Part shown: one piece after another, positions 1 to 9,422 of the stretch
Layout of the letters: each line of letters begins with the position of its first letter
Position numbering within the stretch: position 1 is the stretch's first letter
IMG/VR virus record: IMGVR_UViG_3300035180_002703
Coordinates: 10,465 to 74,464 of that record
Direction: 5' to 3' (one strand)
DNA length: 64,000 bases
Origin: a virus
The notes under the pieces: model-generated
What the model was told of the DNA's origin: nothing
The model's database searches: none
Seen by the model: the letters and a program-made list of their open reading frames with translations, nothing else
Position numbers and translations under genes: made by a program

Positions 1-66
1 GATGAACTGAAGCCTCTGCCAGTCCTTCGGATACACCGCCTTCTGGCTCACATCTGTGCTATCCAT
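1..66 (-). CDS. hypothetical protein, partial (runs off window)
   Basis: Minus-strand ATG at 66 after a G-rich SD (plus-strand poly-C 69-90); frame MDSTDVSQKAVYPKDWQRLQFI is open to the window edge. Confidence 0.5.
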   Translation of the reverse strand, partial: MDSTDVSQKAVYPKDWQRLQFI

Positions 67-89
67 TCACCCCCCCCCCCTCCCCCTCC

Positions 90-320
90 TTACTGAGCAG
101 GCGACCGCTGCCCACCGAATTCCTCAGCGACTGCGGAAAGCGTTTGCTCGGCGATGTTCAAGCACATCACTGCGAGATCGTGGCAGGACAGCGTTTCGAG
201 GACAATCATCTCCCTCTCGATAGCCGATAGCAGGCTCCGTCGAATGCCTGCACTCCGGCAGAGCTCGGCCTGCTTGACCCCCAGCTTATTACGTACGGCT
301 TTGAGCTCGGTTCCTGTCAT
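90..320 (-). CDS. XRE-family helix-turn-helix regulator
   Basis: MTGTELKAVRNKLGVKQAELCRSAGIRRSLLSAIER fits the HTH_XRE pattern. Confidence 0.8.
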   Translation of the reverse strand: MTGTELKAVRNKLGVKQAELCRSAGIRRSLLSAIEREMIVLETLSCHDLAVMCLNIAEQTLSAVAEEFGGQRSPAQ

Positions 321-339
321 TGAATTCACCCCCTGGCGT

Positions 340-406
340 ATCATATCGGAATGGTGTCCAGATTGTCAATAGACACCTTGACATTTTTTTCATGGTCTGA
401 TACACT
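340..406. promoter_or_regulatory. back-to-back sigma70 promoters
   Basis: Plus strand TTGACA(378)-17-TACACT(401); minus strand TTGACA(369-364)-18-TATGAT(345-340). Confidence 0.65.
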
Positions 407-438
407 TCGCCAAACAGTCTCGGCAGGAGGATTTCAGC

Positions 439-1956
439 GTGAACTACCAGAAGGCCCCATTTCCGTGGTTCGGCGGGAAGGCCGACGCCTCGCCTACGGT
501 TTGGGCCGCACTCGGCGACGTTCCTCACTATATAGAACCGTTCGCCGGTTCTCTTGCCGTGCTACTGCGCCGCCCGCATCCGGCCAATCGTCCATACTAC
601 TCCGAGACCGTAGCCGACATTGACGCGCTGCTGACGAATTTCTGGCGGTCGGTTCAGCTCAAGCCGCAGGAGACGGCAGAGGCGGCGAGCTATCCGGTGT
701 CGGAGCTAGACAAACACGCTCGTGGGTGTCACCTTCTGAAATGGCGGCAGAGCGAGGCAACGGCGCGCCTGGCGGGCGATCCTACATTCTGCGATCCGGT
801 AGTTGCCGGGTGGTGGGCGTGGTGCGTGAGTTGCTCGATAGGCGCATGGGGCATCGGCGGCCCGTGGTGGCCGGATGAAAACGGCATACTGCGCAAGAGA
901 AAGCGCGGGACGGGGGTGCCAGGCGATGGACCGGAGACCGTCAACAACGGGCGAGGCGTCAATCATGCGAGCATGCGCGAGCCTGGAGTGCTCGGCAACC
1001 TACCTCATCTTGTCTCGAACGGACAGGGCGTCAACCGCCCGCAGTCGCGAGAACCGGGAGTGCTCGGCAATCGTCCGGAGATCGTCGACAACGGGCGGGG
1101 CGTCAATCGCCCGCAATCGCGAGAACCGGGAGTGAAAGGCGATCTGCCCCATATCAGCAAAACCGGACAGGGCGTCAATCATCCGCACACTCGCGAGCCT
1201 GGAGTGCTCGGCAATATCCCCGACTTGAACAAGCTTGGCGGTGTCAATAGTGCGCAAGCGCGCGAGCCAGGGGTGACAGGCGATCGGGTGTTTCTCACCG
1301 ACAACGGACAAGGCGTCAATCGCCAGAACATGCGCGAACTGGGAGTGATTGGCAGCTCCCCTGAGCCGCAGGATGACGTAGAGGCCGCAATCGCCAACGA
1401 CTACGAAGAGACTGGCGGCTACCATCCGATGACAATGCCGGAGGTGCGCCGATGGTTCGCGTTCCTGTCGGCCAGGCTCCGCCACGTCCGCATCATCAAC
1501 GGTGACTGGTCTGGCGCAGTCAACGGAAGCTATGAGCGGCTCATGACATCCGGAGCATCGCTCACGCTCCCCGTTCGGCAGGGTAAAGGGCCGTGCGGAG
1601 TGTTCCTCGACCCGCCTTATGGGGTAGATGACCGCTGCGACTATATCTACGGCGACAACGACAGTCTGCAGGTGGCCGCGCGCGTGCGCAAGTGGTGCCT
1701 AGAGCATGGTGACGACCCCCGCTATCGGATCGTCTACGCTGGGTTCGACCAGGAAGGCGAAGCACTGGTCGCCGCGGGTTGGCGCGAGGTCGAGTGGTTT
1801 CGCGGAGGGTTCCTCAAAGGCGGCCTGGGCAACATGAAGCGGGAAAGGGGTGATGGCCCCGGCCATCAGCAGCATCGCGAGCGTCTCTGGCTATCGCCGC
1901 ATTGCCTAACAGCATCGGAGCCAAGCGAGCCGGAACAGCCAACACTAGAGTTGTAG
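439..1956 (+). CDS. DNA adenine methyltransferase (Dam/D12-like) with internal 24-aa repeats
   Basis: PFPWFGGK, YIEPFAGS (motif I), FLDPPY (motif IV); GTG start with SD. Confidence 0.85.
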   Translation: MNYQKAPFPWFGGKADASPTVWAALGDVPHYIEPFAGSLAVLLRRPHPANRPYYSETVADIDALLTNFWRSVQLKPQETAEAASYPVSELDKHARGCHLLKWRQSEATARLAGDPTFCDPVVAGWWAWCVSCSIGAWGIGGPWWPDENGILRKRKRGTGVPGDGPETVNNGRGVNHASMREPGVLGNLPHLVSNGQGVNRPQSREPGVLGNRPEIVDNGRGVNRPQSREPGVKGDLPHISKTGQGVNHPHTREPGVLGNIPDLNKLGGVNSAQAREPGVTGDRVFLTDNGQGVNRQNMRELGVIGSSPEPQDDVEAAIANDYEETGGYHPMTMPEVRRWFAFLSARLRHVRIINGDWSGAVNGSYERLMTSGASLTLPVRQGKGPCGVFLDPPYGVDDRCDYIYGDNDSLQVAARVRKWCLEHGDDPRYRIVYAGFDQEGEALVAAGWREVEWFRGGFLKGGLGNMKRERGDGPGHQQHRERLWLSPHCLTASEPSEPEQPTLEL

Positions 1957-1982
1957 TAACAGTCGCAGAGCGTATCATACAC

Positions 1983-2027
1983 GATAGCTCCTCCCTGCGG
2001 GTTCTTGTTCCTGAAGGAGGAGCTATC
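1983..2027 (+). promoter_or_regulatory. hairpin sequestering the SD of the subtilisin gene
   Basis: GATAGCTCCTCC (1983-1994) is the exact reverse complement of GGAGGAGCTATC (2016-2027), which abuts ATG 2028. Confidence 0.65.
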
Positions 2028-2873
2028 ATGGCAGAGCCTGTGGTTATTGAAGCGACGGACGATGTTGTAGACTGGGGGCTTCAGGTAATTGGGGCAGAGG
2101 CCGCGTGGCGAGAAACGCGGGGCGAGGGCGTGCGCGTTGCGGTGTTGGATACTGGGTGGCCGCAGCACCCAGATTTGCCAAACGTGGTAGCCCGCGCATG
2201 TTTCACAGGAGACGGGGACGGGCATGATGATGTTGGGCATGGGACGCACACCGCTGGTATCATCGGGGCAATCGACAACGGGATCGGCGTGATTGGCGTA
2301 GCTCCCGGGTGCGAGCTTCTATGTGGACGTGTTATCCCCATGACCACCCCGGCGCAGCTGGCAGACGGCATCGATTGGGCGATTGAGCAGGGGGCGCACA
2401 TCATCAACATGTCGCTTGGATCACCATTTGACTATGTTGAAGTGCATATGGCGGTCAAACGCGCATACGATGCTGGGGTTGTTCTGGTCGCCGCCGCCGG
2501 GAACACATACCTGGATGGCGTTGACACGATCGCTTACCCTGCCAGGTACCCGGAGGTATTGGCGGTTGGCGCGGTCGACACGAGTCTGCATAAGGCGTCG
2601 TTTTCGGCTGCCGGTCCTGAGCTGGCAAACTCGGTTGCGATGCCAGGTGTGTCCATGCTTTCGTGCTGGCTAAATGGTGGTTACGCTCGCATGTCAGGAA
2701 CAAGCTGCGCGGCACCTATGCTGTCCGGCCTGATTGCGCTTATCATCGCACACGCCAAAGCTGATCGGTCAAGCGTACATGAAGTAGTGCAAAACACGCT
2801 GCATGCAATCGCTCGGAAGGAAGATGACTTCAACTTCACCGGGTGGGGCATCCCTGATGCAAGCAAGCTATGA
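2028..2873 (+). CDS. S8 subtilisin-like serine protease
   Basis: VAVLDTG, HGTHTAG, AAAGN, GTSCAAP catalytic motifs. Confidence 0.95.
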   Translation: MAEPVVIEATDDVVDWGLQVIGAEAAWRETRGEGVRVAVLDTGWPQHPDLPNVVARACFTGDGDGHDDVGHGTHTAGIIGAIDNGIGVIGVAPGCELLCGRVIPMTTPAQLADGIDWAIEQGAHIINMSLGSPFDYVEVHMAVKRAYDAGVVLVAAAGNTYLDGVDTIAYPARYPEVLAVGAVDTSLHKASFSAAGPELANSVAMPGVSMLSCWLNGGYARMSGTSCAAPMLSGLIALIIAHAKADRSSVHEVVQNTLHAIARKEDDFNFTGWGIPDASKL

Positions 2874-2893
2874 AGAGGGGCATGCAATAGGAT

Positions 2894-4828
2894 ATGGCTT
2901 CATGGCATATAGTCGTTATAGCGCGCGGGCTGACGACGACTAACGAGACGCTCTGGCCGCAATTAGAACAGATCGAGCAGTCGATTGTCGTCATCGACTC
3001 CGGCGCATCCCAGCCTCTTATGCGCCGGGTATCAAAGTTTGCCACCTATATGCGGATAGAGCGCCCGGCATTCAACTGGGCGGTCTATGCTAACGCCGGT
3101 GCTGCAATAGCCCCGCGCGGCACCGACAACCTCCTTTTCCTACATGACGATGTGTCGCTGACTGATGGTGCCAGCACGCTACCTGCGCTAGAGCCCGCGC
3201 TCGTTGGTAACGGGATCGGGCTCGCAGTCCCCCACATGACCGGAGCATGTAGAACGTCGGCTCAAATGTGGTCTGGCCCGTGGTTTGCGCCATATTTCCA
3301 CACGACAGAATATGTGTCCGGGGCTGTTGTGGCTGTATCGGCCAAGCTGTTTCGCGAAGTCGGCGGATGGGATGACAGATTCACCGCCGCTGACTGGCAC
3401 GCTCCGGACTTGCAGTATCGGCTTGCGGAGGCCGGCTATGTCGTCGCGGTTGTGCCTTCCATATCATGTCACCACCTTGGCTGTGTCACGTATGGTGACG
3501 CGATCGAGGCTAGAACTCATAATCAGGGCGTCTTCTGTCTTGTGCATGGCATCAGCTCCGATTGTGGGTTGCGCCCGATGTTGCCAAGAATCGCCCCACA
3601 TGAAGAGTCTTCCGAATGTTGGGTCATGAAAGGCACGACGGAGCATTTTGTTAGGTCGCTGGGAAAAACGAAGGGAACGGTGATTGTTGATTGTGAGGCG
3701 CACCCCAGTGCTGACTGGAACATGATTGTGTCCACTGTAAGGTGCTCCCCGGCGATTGACGATCGCCCCGATGTGCTCGCCGTGAATTTGGCGGGCTCCG
3801 ACAATGTAAAGCTGCATGACATGCGTCGGGGTGCTCCCACAGTGATAACGGGCAGAAGACTCCGGCTCGGTGACGAATATAGGCTCCGACAACAAGCGGA
3901 CGAAATCCACTGGGGGTTGCTGCAACATTCCGGCATTGGCGACCTTGTAATGATGACCCCGGCCATTGCCCGGTTCCGTCTAGAGTACCCTCGCGTTCGC
4001 ATCATTGCTCACGGTTACTGGGAGGCTATTACAGTTCTGGATAACCTGCCAGAGATTGATGAAATTGTATGGCACAGGGAAAGACCAATACAGGTGCCTG
4101 CGGCATTCATGGACTTTACCGGCGGGAATGCAAGAGAAGGTACGATCAGATGGCCGTACTATCAATTGGGGCTTGACCCAGATGACGATCCGGATCGCAG
4201 AATGCGATATCGGGTTAGGGCAGAAGAGTTTGATCGAGCGGTTGCATGGCTTCGGTCCGTAGGGATACGTGACGAACCCATACTAGGTCTTCAGGCACAT
4301 GGCTCATGGGCGATGAAGCAGTGGGAGCATACATCCGAGCTTTCCAGGCTGTGGCAGGCTGCCGGTGGGCGAGTAGTCCTGTTCGCTCCGGATTCGAATC
4401 GGAGGCCCGAATGCCCAGGAGCTGACATTCTCCCGCTGATGTCTATTCGTGAGGCTATGGCGGTCCTGTCTGTCTGTGATTGCTGGGTGGGGCATGACAG
4501 TGGTCCAACGCTCATTGCGGCTGCTATGCGTATACCAACTGTCGTGCTGGTTGGCTCCCACGATCCCAAGGGGTTGCTGATGGACGCGCACACCGAGAAT
4601 GTTACGGTATTCCGGGCCATCAGCCCAGACCAGTGCCGCGAGTCTCATGGGAAATCATGCCGATGCCCGATGACGCTCACTTATTGTCCTTTGAGGGGTG
4701 AGGATGGCGCTGGGGCGGATTGTCTCGATGCTGTGAATGCGGAAACAGTAATGGCGGAGCTGGAGCAGATGCCGCGGTGGTCGCGCCCGTTGGAGCAACG
4801 CTTTGGGGTGATCTCGATGTTGGATTAG
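2894..4828 (+). CDS. GT2-like + GT9 (heptosyltransferase-like) glycosyltransferase fusion
   Basis: N-terminal LFLHDD and VGGWDDRF; C-terminal GIGDLVMMTPAI and VGHDSGPTLIAAAM. Confidence 0.8.
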   Translation: MASWHIVVIARGLTTTNETLWPQLEQIEQSIVVIDSGASQPLMRRVSKFATYMRIERPAFNWAVYANAGAAIAPRGTDNLLFLHDDVSLTDGASTLPALEPALVGNGIGLAVPHMTGACRTSAQMWSGPWFAPYFHTTEYVSGAVVAVSAKLFREVGGWDDRFTAADWHAPDLQYRLAEAGYVVAVVPSISCHHLGCVTYGDAIEARTHNQGVFCLVHGISSDCGLRPMLPRIAPHEESSECWVMKGTTEHFVRSLGKTKGTVIVDCEAHPSADWNMIVSTVRCSPAIDDRPDVLAVNLAGSDNVKLHDMRRGAPTVITGRRLRLGDEYRLRQQADEIHWGLLQHSGIGDLVMMTPAIARFRLEYPRVRIIAHGYWEAITVLDNLPEIDEIVWHRERPIQVPAAFMDFTGGNAREGTIRWPYYQLGLDPDDDPDRRMRYRVRAEEFDRAVAWLRSVGIRDEPILGLQAHGSWAMKQWEHTSELSRLWQAAGGRVVLFAPDSNRRPECPGADILPLMSIREAMAVLSVCDCWVGHDSGPTLIAAAMRIPTVVLVGSHDPKGLLMDAHTENVTVFRAISPDQCRESHGKSCRCPMTLTYCPLRGEDGAGADCLDAVNAETVMAELEQMPRWSRPLEQRFGVISMLD

Positions 4829-4851
4829 GCATTCCCGCAGTGCGGGAATGC
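4829..4851. promoter_or_regulatory. palindrome TTCCCGCAGTGCGGGAA, copy 1
   Basis: 23-bp intergenic inverted repeat; same core at 29806 and 52616. Confidence 0.6.
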
Positions 4852-4855
4852 GTGT

Positions 4856-6037
4856 TTGGAGGTTGGCATGGATGCTGTCAGACCAATAGAATACTGGCCC
4901 AATGCGGTGCATGCGAGGCTGTCGGCTCGATGCCAACTGAACTGCTCATTTTGCGAACGTGTGAATTGGAAAACTGGTGACTTGCCTGCAGAGCCGGACA
5001 TGCCGGGAACGGTATGGAAAGCCATCGCCGAGAAGTACATGCCATACGTTGATGGCATAGAACTGGTAGGGCTGGGAGAGCCGACGCTGAGTGCTATTTT
5101 CCAGATGGCGTGCCTCGACGTTGTTGGCGCTGGCAAAAAGCTTTACTTCGCGACCAACGGGATGACGCTTGGGCGGAAGTGGTTGCACGAAGTGGTCGGC
5201 GAGACGCCCACAGTGTCTGTTTCGATCGATGCGTGGGATGCCGAATCCTACAAAATGATCCGCGGGGAGCCAAGCTGGGATGCTGAGAAGCAGTGGAAGA
5301 AGCTGTTGGATGGCATACGCGCGTTTAGGGCCGCCAAACCGAAAGCCCGAATGCACTCGCAGTACACCGGGCAGGTAGCGAACATCGACGGGTTGCCAAG
5401 CTTCATCAAGTTGGCAGCAAGCCTGGGGATACAGGATGTCACTCTTCGCCCCGTTCATGGGCACGCTGTAGCCAGAGAGAATGTGTCGCTTCGATACGAG
5501 CGTGATCGGACGGAGAGAGCTATAGATGCGGCGCGTGCCGAGGCTGAGAAAGCGGGAATCATGTTCATTGCCGAGCGCCCCGCATACTCGAAGCTATCTA
5601 TGAAGTCCGGGAAGCGTGTTGGCGGGGTCGTCCGTTACTTAGACTTCGTCCCGTTGAATATGGCCACCTGCCCTGTTAGCGAGGTGACATCAAGTGGTAG
5701 TACGACGACAACGACGACGACAACGACGACAACGACGCCAAAAATAGGGCCGCCGGGAGTAGGGTTTGCTGAAGGGGCTGTGGAGCCTGTCGTTATTCGA
5801 TCCAAGCGCAAGCTTCGCGACGTTGAGCCTGAGGTAGTCAAGATCAATCAGCCGGTGATCGTAGCAGCTAACGGCGAATGCTGGTCGTGTTTCGGTCGCC
5901 ACGTAGTGGGCAATGTGCTGGATGACGACTGGCTAACATTGGTTCGCAGGCCGAGATATCAGGAATTCCTTCGGAACAGAGCGACCGGACAGGTATTACA
6001 GGATACATGGTGCAGGAACTGCCCGAGGGTGATGTAG
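4856..6037 (+). CDS. radical SAM protein with SPASM/twitch-like C-terminus
   Basis: CQLNCSFC (CxxxCxxC), GLGEP, ATNG, SIDA; C-terminal CWSC...CRNC. Confidence 0.9.
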   Translation: MEVGMDAVRPIEYWPNAVHARLSARCQLNCSFCERVNWKTGDLPAEPDMPGTVWKAIAEKYMPYVDGIELVGLGEPTLSAIFQMACLDVVGAGKKLYFATNGMTLGRKWLHEVVGETPTVSVSIDAWDAESYKMIRGEPSWDAEKQWKKLLDGIRAFRAAKPKARMHSQYTGQVANIDGLPSFIKLAASLGIQDVTLRPVHGHAVARENVSLRYERDRTERAIDAARAEAEKAGIMFIAERPAYSKLSMKSGKRVGGVVRYLDFVPLNMATCPVSEVTSSGSTTTTTTTTTTTTPKIGPPGVGFAEGAVEPVVIRSKRKLRDVEPEVVKINQPVIVAANGECWSCFGRHVVGNVLDDDWLTLVRRPRYQEFLRNRATGQVLQDTWCRNCPRVM

Positions 6038-6864
6038 CTCCCGACCTACGGTGGTATATCACCCCATGTGGAATAGGCGATTATTTGTGCGTGTTCATGG
6101 CCGTTGGCGCATACTTGCGCAAATGGCCAAACGCTATAGCTCATATCGCGTATTGGCCGTGTCCTGCCGCGGAGTGTATCCTCGGGTGGGATCGCGTCGC
6201 GTACACCGCCATCACGCGTCAGCCGGATGGGTACTGGGATATTCTGCAGCAGTCTTCCCGCCATTTGGATATGCCCTGGTGGGTGTGTGGTTTCAACACC
6301 AGGAAAGAATGGTTTGACCGTTTGGGGCTGGATTGGGAACACAAGCGAATGTACTATCGAATAACTCCCGACGAAGAGCGGTTCGCATCTGGTGTCTGGG
6401 GGCCGCGGCGTCCAAGGGTATCTTTGCAGTGGCACGGCGGCGCAGCTCACAAGACGTACTCGCATATGCGGGAGGTGTATGACTGGTTTGAGAAGAGGGG
6501 CGCGAACGTCGTCGGCCTGGATCAGCGAGGAGTGTCTGATGGATATGGGCGAGCATTGCGAGGAGATTACCCTGTACGCGAAATGCTGTCAATACCAGCT
6601 ACCGCCGATATGCACATTGGGATGTGTTCTGGCCCTTCGTATGCTGCTATTGGATCAAACGTTCCCACAGTCATGCTGCTACCATATGACGACCCAGACG
6701 AAATTTTCGAGCCCCTGGAGTCTCCCCCAGTATGGTCACACTTGAAGTTTTCCGACATTGAGGGGATACCGCTTTCAGACATTCTGCGGTCGTGTGAGGA
6801 GATGTGGGATCACGTAGTCGAGAACATGTGCGGGCGGGGAGCAGGCGAATGGCGATATTGGTAG
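6007..6864 (+). CDS. GT9-like glycosyltransferase
   Basis: GIGDYL and HIGMCSGPSYAAIGSNVPTV resemble GT9 motifs. Confidence 0.65.
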   Translation: MVQELPEGDVAPDLRWYITPCGIGDYLCVFMAVGAYLRKWPNAIAHIAYWPCPAAECILGWDRVAYTAITRQPDGYWDILQQSSRHLDMPWWVCGFNTRKEWFDRLGLDWEHKRMYYRITPDEERFASGVWGPRRPRVSLQWHGGAAHKTYSHMREVYDWFEKRGANVVGLDQRGVSDGYGRALRGDYPVREMLSIPATADMHIGMCSGPSYAAIGSNVPTVMLLPYDDPDEIFEPLESPPVWSHLKFSDIEGIPLSDILRSCEEMWDHVVENMCGRGAGEWRYW

Positions 6865-7166
6865 ACATTGACGGAACGCTTGCTGAATATCACGGGTGGA
6901 CAAGCTATACGCCGGTTGGCAATCCGGTCCCCAAAATGGTAGAGCGTGTCAAGAAGTGGATCGCCCAGGGGAAAGACGTCAGGATATTCACAGCGAGAGC
7001 ATGCGACCCAAGCGAAGTGCCCGAAGTGGAGGATTGGTGCGCTAAGCACCTAGGTGTCGTCTTGCCTGTCACAAACGTAAAAGAATGGGACGCGGAAGAG
7101 ATTTGGGATGACCGCGCGGTTGGGGTTCGCCTGAACAGCGGAGAGCGGGCTGATGGGCTGGAATGA
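6849..7166 (+). CDS. HAD-family phosphatase (PNK phosphatase-like)
   Basis: ILVDIDGTLA, IFTAR, IWDDRA. Confidence 0.8.
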   Translation: MAILVDIDGTLAEYHGWTSYTPVGNPVPKMVERVKKWIAQGKDVRIFTARACDPSEVPEVEDWCAKHLGVVLPVTNVKEWDAEEIWDDRAVGVRLNSGERADGLE

Positions 7167-7176
7167 GGGGTGAGTA

Positions 7177-9408
7177 ATGACGCCTGACCTGACCATTGTA
7201 ATACCGACGCTAAACAATGTGCGATATACTGCGCAATGTATGGCATCGCTTGCTCATGCGGCAGAAGGCGTCACCTATGAGGTGGTGGTCGTAGATAACG
7301 GGAGCGATGACGAAACCCTCTCTTTCGTTGGATCGCACACTCCGGGGCAGTTGCGCGGTGGTGCGCAGGGACCATACCCGCCGAAAGCCGTCCGGTTGGT
7401 CAAGAACGATGTGCGCCGCGCGCTGGCTCGGTCGTGGAACATGGGGTTCGACGCTGCCGCCGGACGCCATGTGATCATTTCCAACAACGACGTTATCTAT
7501 GCTCCCGGGTCCCTACGCGAAATGGTCTATGCTGCGGAGAGCAGTGACCAGGTCGGGATTGTTCTGCCGCTGTCTCCGCTAGACATTACCACGGCAAAAC
7601 CGCGGCTTCTCGATCCGTCCAGTGGGCCGGAGGCGATGGCGGAAAACATCGAGGAAGTTGCCAGGTGGGACGCCGCGCGATCCAAGATTCCGAATGACGT
7701 TATGCCGGTCCGCCATCCATACATCATGCAAGGCGGGTATGTGTTCCTGCTGAAACGCGATTGCTGGAACGTCGTTGGGAGGTTTGATGAAGAGTATGAC
7801 CTGACCGGAGAGGATTACGACTACTTCTCCAGGACGTTGCGTTGGCGTAAGATCGTGCAGGCAAGGCGGGCATATGTAGAACATTTCGAGCGACAAACTC
7901 GCATGTGGCTCGGCGATGAAGAACACGAGCATGTCATGCGCAATCGTTTTCGCCTTGCCGAGAAGCGAGACGGCCAGATTGAGATGTTCAGCGTTGTGAT
8001 TCCAAACTATAATCGGATAGAAGCGCTGATTGCCGCATTGGACTCGCTTGAACATCAGACGTTCCCGCATTGGAAGGCGTATGTGATCGATGACGGGTCG
8101 CCGGACTGGGACCGTATTCAGAAAGGCGTGGCCGACCGATTTGGATGGGACGCTGGCCGGGTATGGTTCCTGCACCGACCGAAGAACTTGGGGCCGTCTG
8201 CTGCCAGAAACTACGGGCTTCGTTTGACGCGCGGAAAGTACGTGGCGTTTCTGGATTCCGACGACGTATGGAAGCCCAATCACCTTCAGCGGCATTGGGA
8301 CGTCCATGAGGTTGGCAAGTATGCGGCGGTTTACTCCAACCCAGAGTTTGCATGGAGATGGTATGACGCTGATCAGCGCAAGTTTCTTTACCGACCAGAC
8401 AAGCACCCGACCATCACCTACTGGGGGCCGTTTGACAAGGAGAGGCTGAAGGCGTTCAACTACATCCAAACGTCCTCATTGTCGGTGTGGGGGCCTCTGG
8501 CGCGTGCGCTGGAGTTCCCGGAGGGAATGCACGTCGAGGAGGACTGGGAGTACTGCAAGCGCATTGCGGAACACGGTGACATCTATCACCTAGACGAAAT
8601 AACGTGCCGCTATCATATCAGCCGCAACCCGGAGCAGGAGCACCTGATTAGCCGAGTGGTATCCTTTGAGACGACAGAAGCGTCGTGGGAAACGCGTCGG
8701 CTTGTGGTGATTCCCCACCAGCTGAGCGAGTCGGCCAAGCTGTCGGTTGTTATCCCGACGAAAGATCGGGCTGGGCTGCTTGGCAGGGCCATAGAATCCT
8801 GCATTATCTATCCAGATACGCCGGTGTGTGTTGTCGATGATGGATCGGAGGACGCGGAATCTGTCCGTAAGGTAGTAAACGAGGCGCTACTGGGCTGTTT
8901 GTTGCGATCCCAGGAGAGCAAAGGCCCTTCATGGGCAAGAAACCGCGGCGTAGAGTACATGCCGTCCGAGTGGATACAGTTTCTCGATGACGACGACATT
9001 TTGACTGCGGATTGGGGGTCTAGGCTGGCCGTGCACCTGACGGACGACTGGGATGTTATATTGGCACAAGCATTAGTACCAGATATGATGGGAGGATTCA
9101 GGGCTACTGATGATGTGTTCACGTCTCAGGTTGCCGTGCGCCGGAGCGCGTTCCTGAACGTCGGCGGATTCAAGGAAGATTTGTGGTGGGCTGAGGAGCG
9201 CGACCTTGTGGATCGCATGAAGACCTGGGGTGCGCGCATCAAATACATCAAGACGCCGCTTGTAATACGACCTGCGATTGGCGGTTCCGGTAAGCCTGAA
9301 ACCGCGCAGAAGAATGAGCCGTGCAATGACTGTGGGCCTGTGGTCTTCAGGCCGTCCGCGGCACGGGATAAGCCACAGTCGAAGCGGCCTGCGCGCCCTG
9401 GATTCTGA
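7177..9408 (+). CDS. triple GT2 glycosyltransferase
   Basis: Three IVIP..VVDDGS..N.G..FLDxDD modules. Confidence 0.9.
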   Translation: MTPDLTIVIPTLNNVRYTAQCMASLAHAAEGVTYEVVVVDNGSDDETLSFVGSHTPGQLRGGAQGPYPPKAVRLVKNDVRRALARSWNMGFDAAAGRHVIISNNDVIYAPGSLREMVYAAESSDQVGIVLPLSPLDITTAKPRLLDPSSGPEAMAENIEEVARWDAARSKIPNDVMPVRHPYIMQGGYVFLLKRDCWNVVGRFDEEYDLTGEDYDYFSRTLRWRKIVQARRAYVEHFERQTRMWLGDEEHEHVMRNRFRLAEKRDGQIEMFSVVIPNYNRIEALIAALDSLEHQTFPHWKAYVIDDGSPDWDRIQKGVADRFGWDAGRVWFLHRPKNLGPSAARNYGLRLTRGKYVAFLDSDDVWKPNHLQRHWDVHEVGKYAAVYSNPEFAWRWYDADQRKFLYRPDKHPTITYWGPFDKERLKAFNYIQTSSLSVWGPLARALEFPEGMHVEEDWEYCKRIAEHGDIYHLDEITCRYHISRNPEQEHLISRVVSFETTEASWETRRLVVIPHQLSESAKLSVVIPTKDRAGLLGRAIESCIIYPDTPVCVVDDGSEDAESVRKVVNEALLGCLLRSQESKGPSWARNRGVEYMPSEWIQFLDDDDILTADWGSRLAVHLTDDWDVILAQALVPDMMGGFRATDDVFTSQVAVRRSAFLNVGGFKEDLWWAEERDLVDRMKTWGARIKYIKTPLVIRPAIGGSGKPETAQKNEPCNDCGPVVFRPSAARDKPQSKRPARPGF

Positions 9409-9422
9409 ACGAGAGGCGATAA

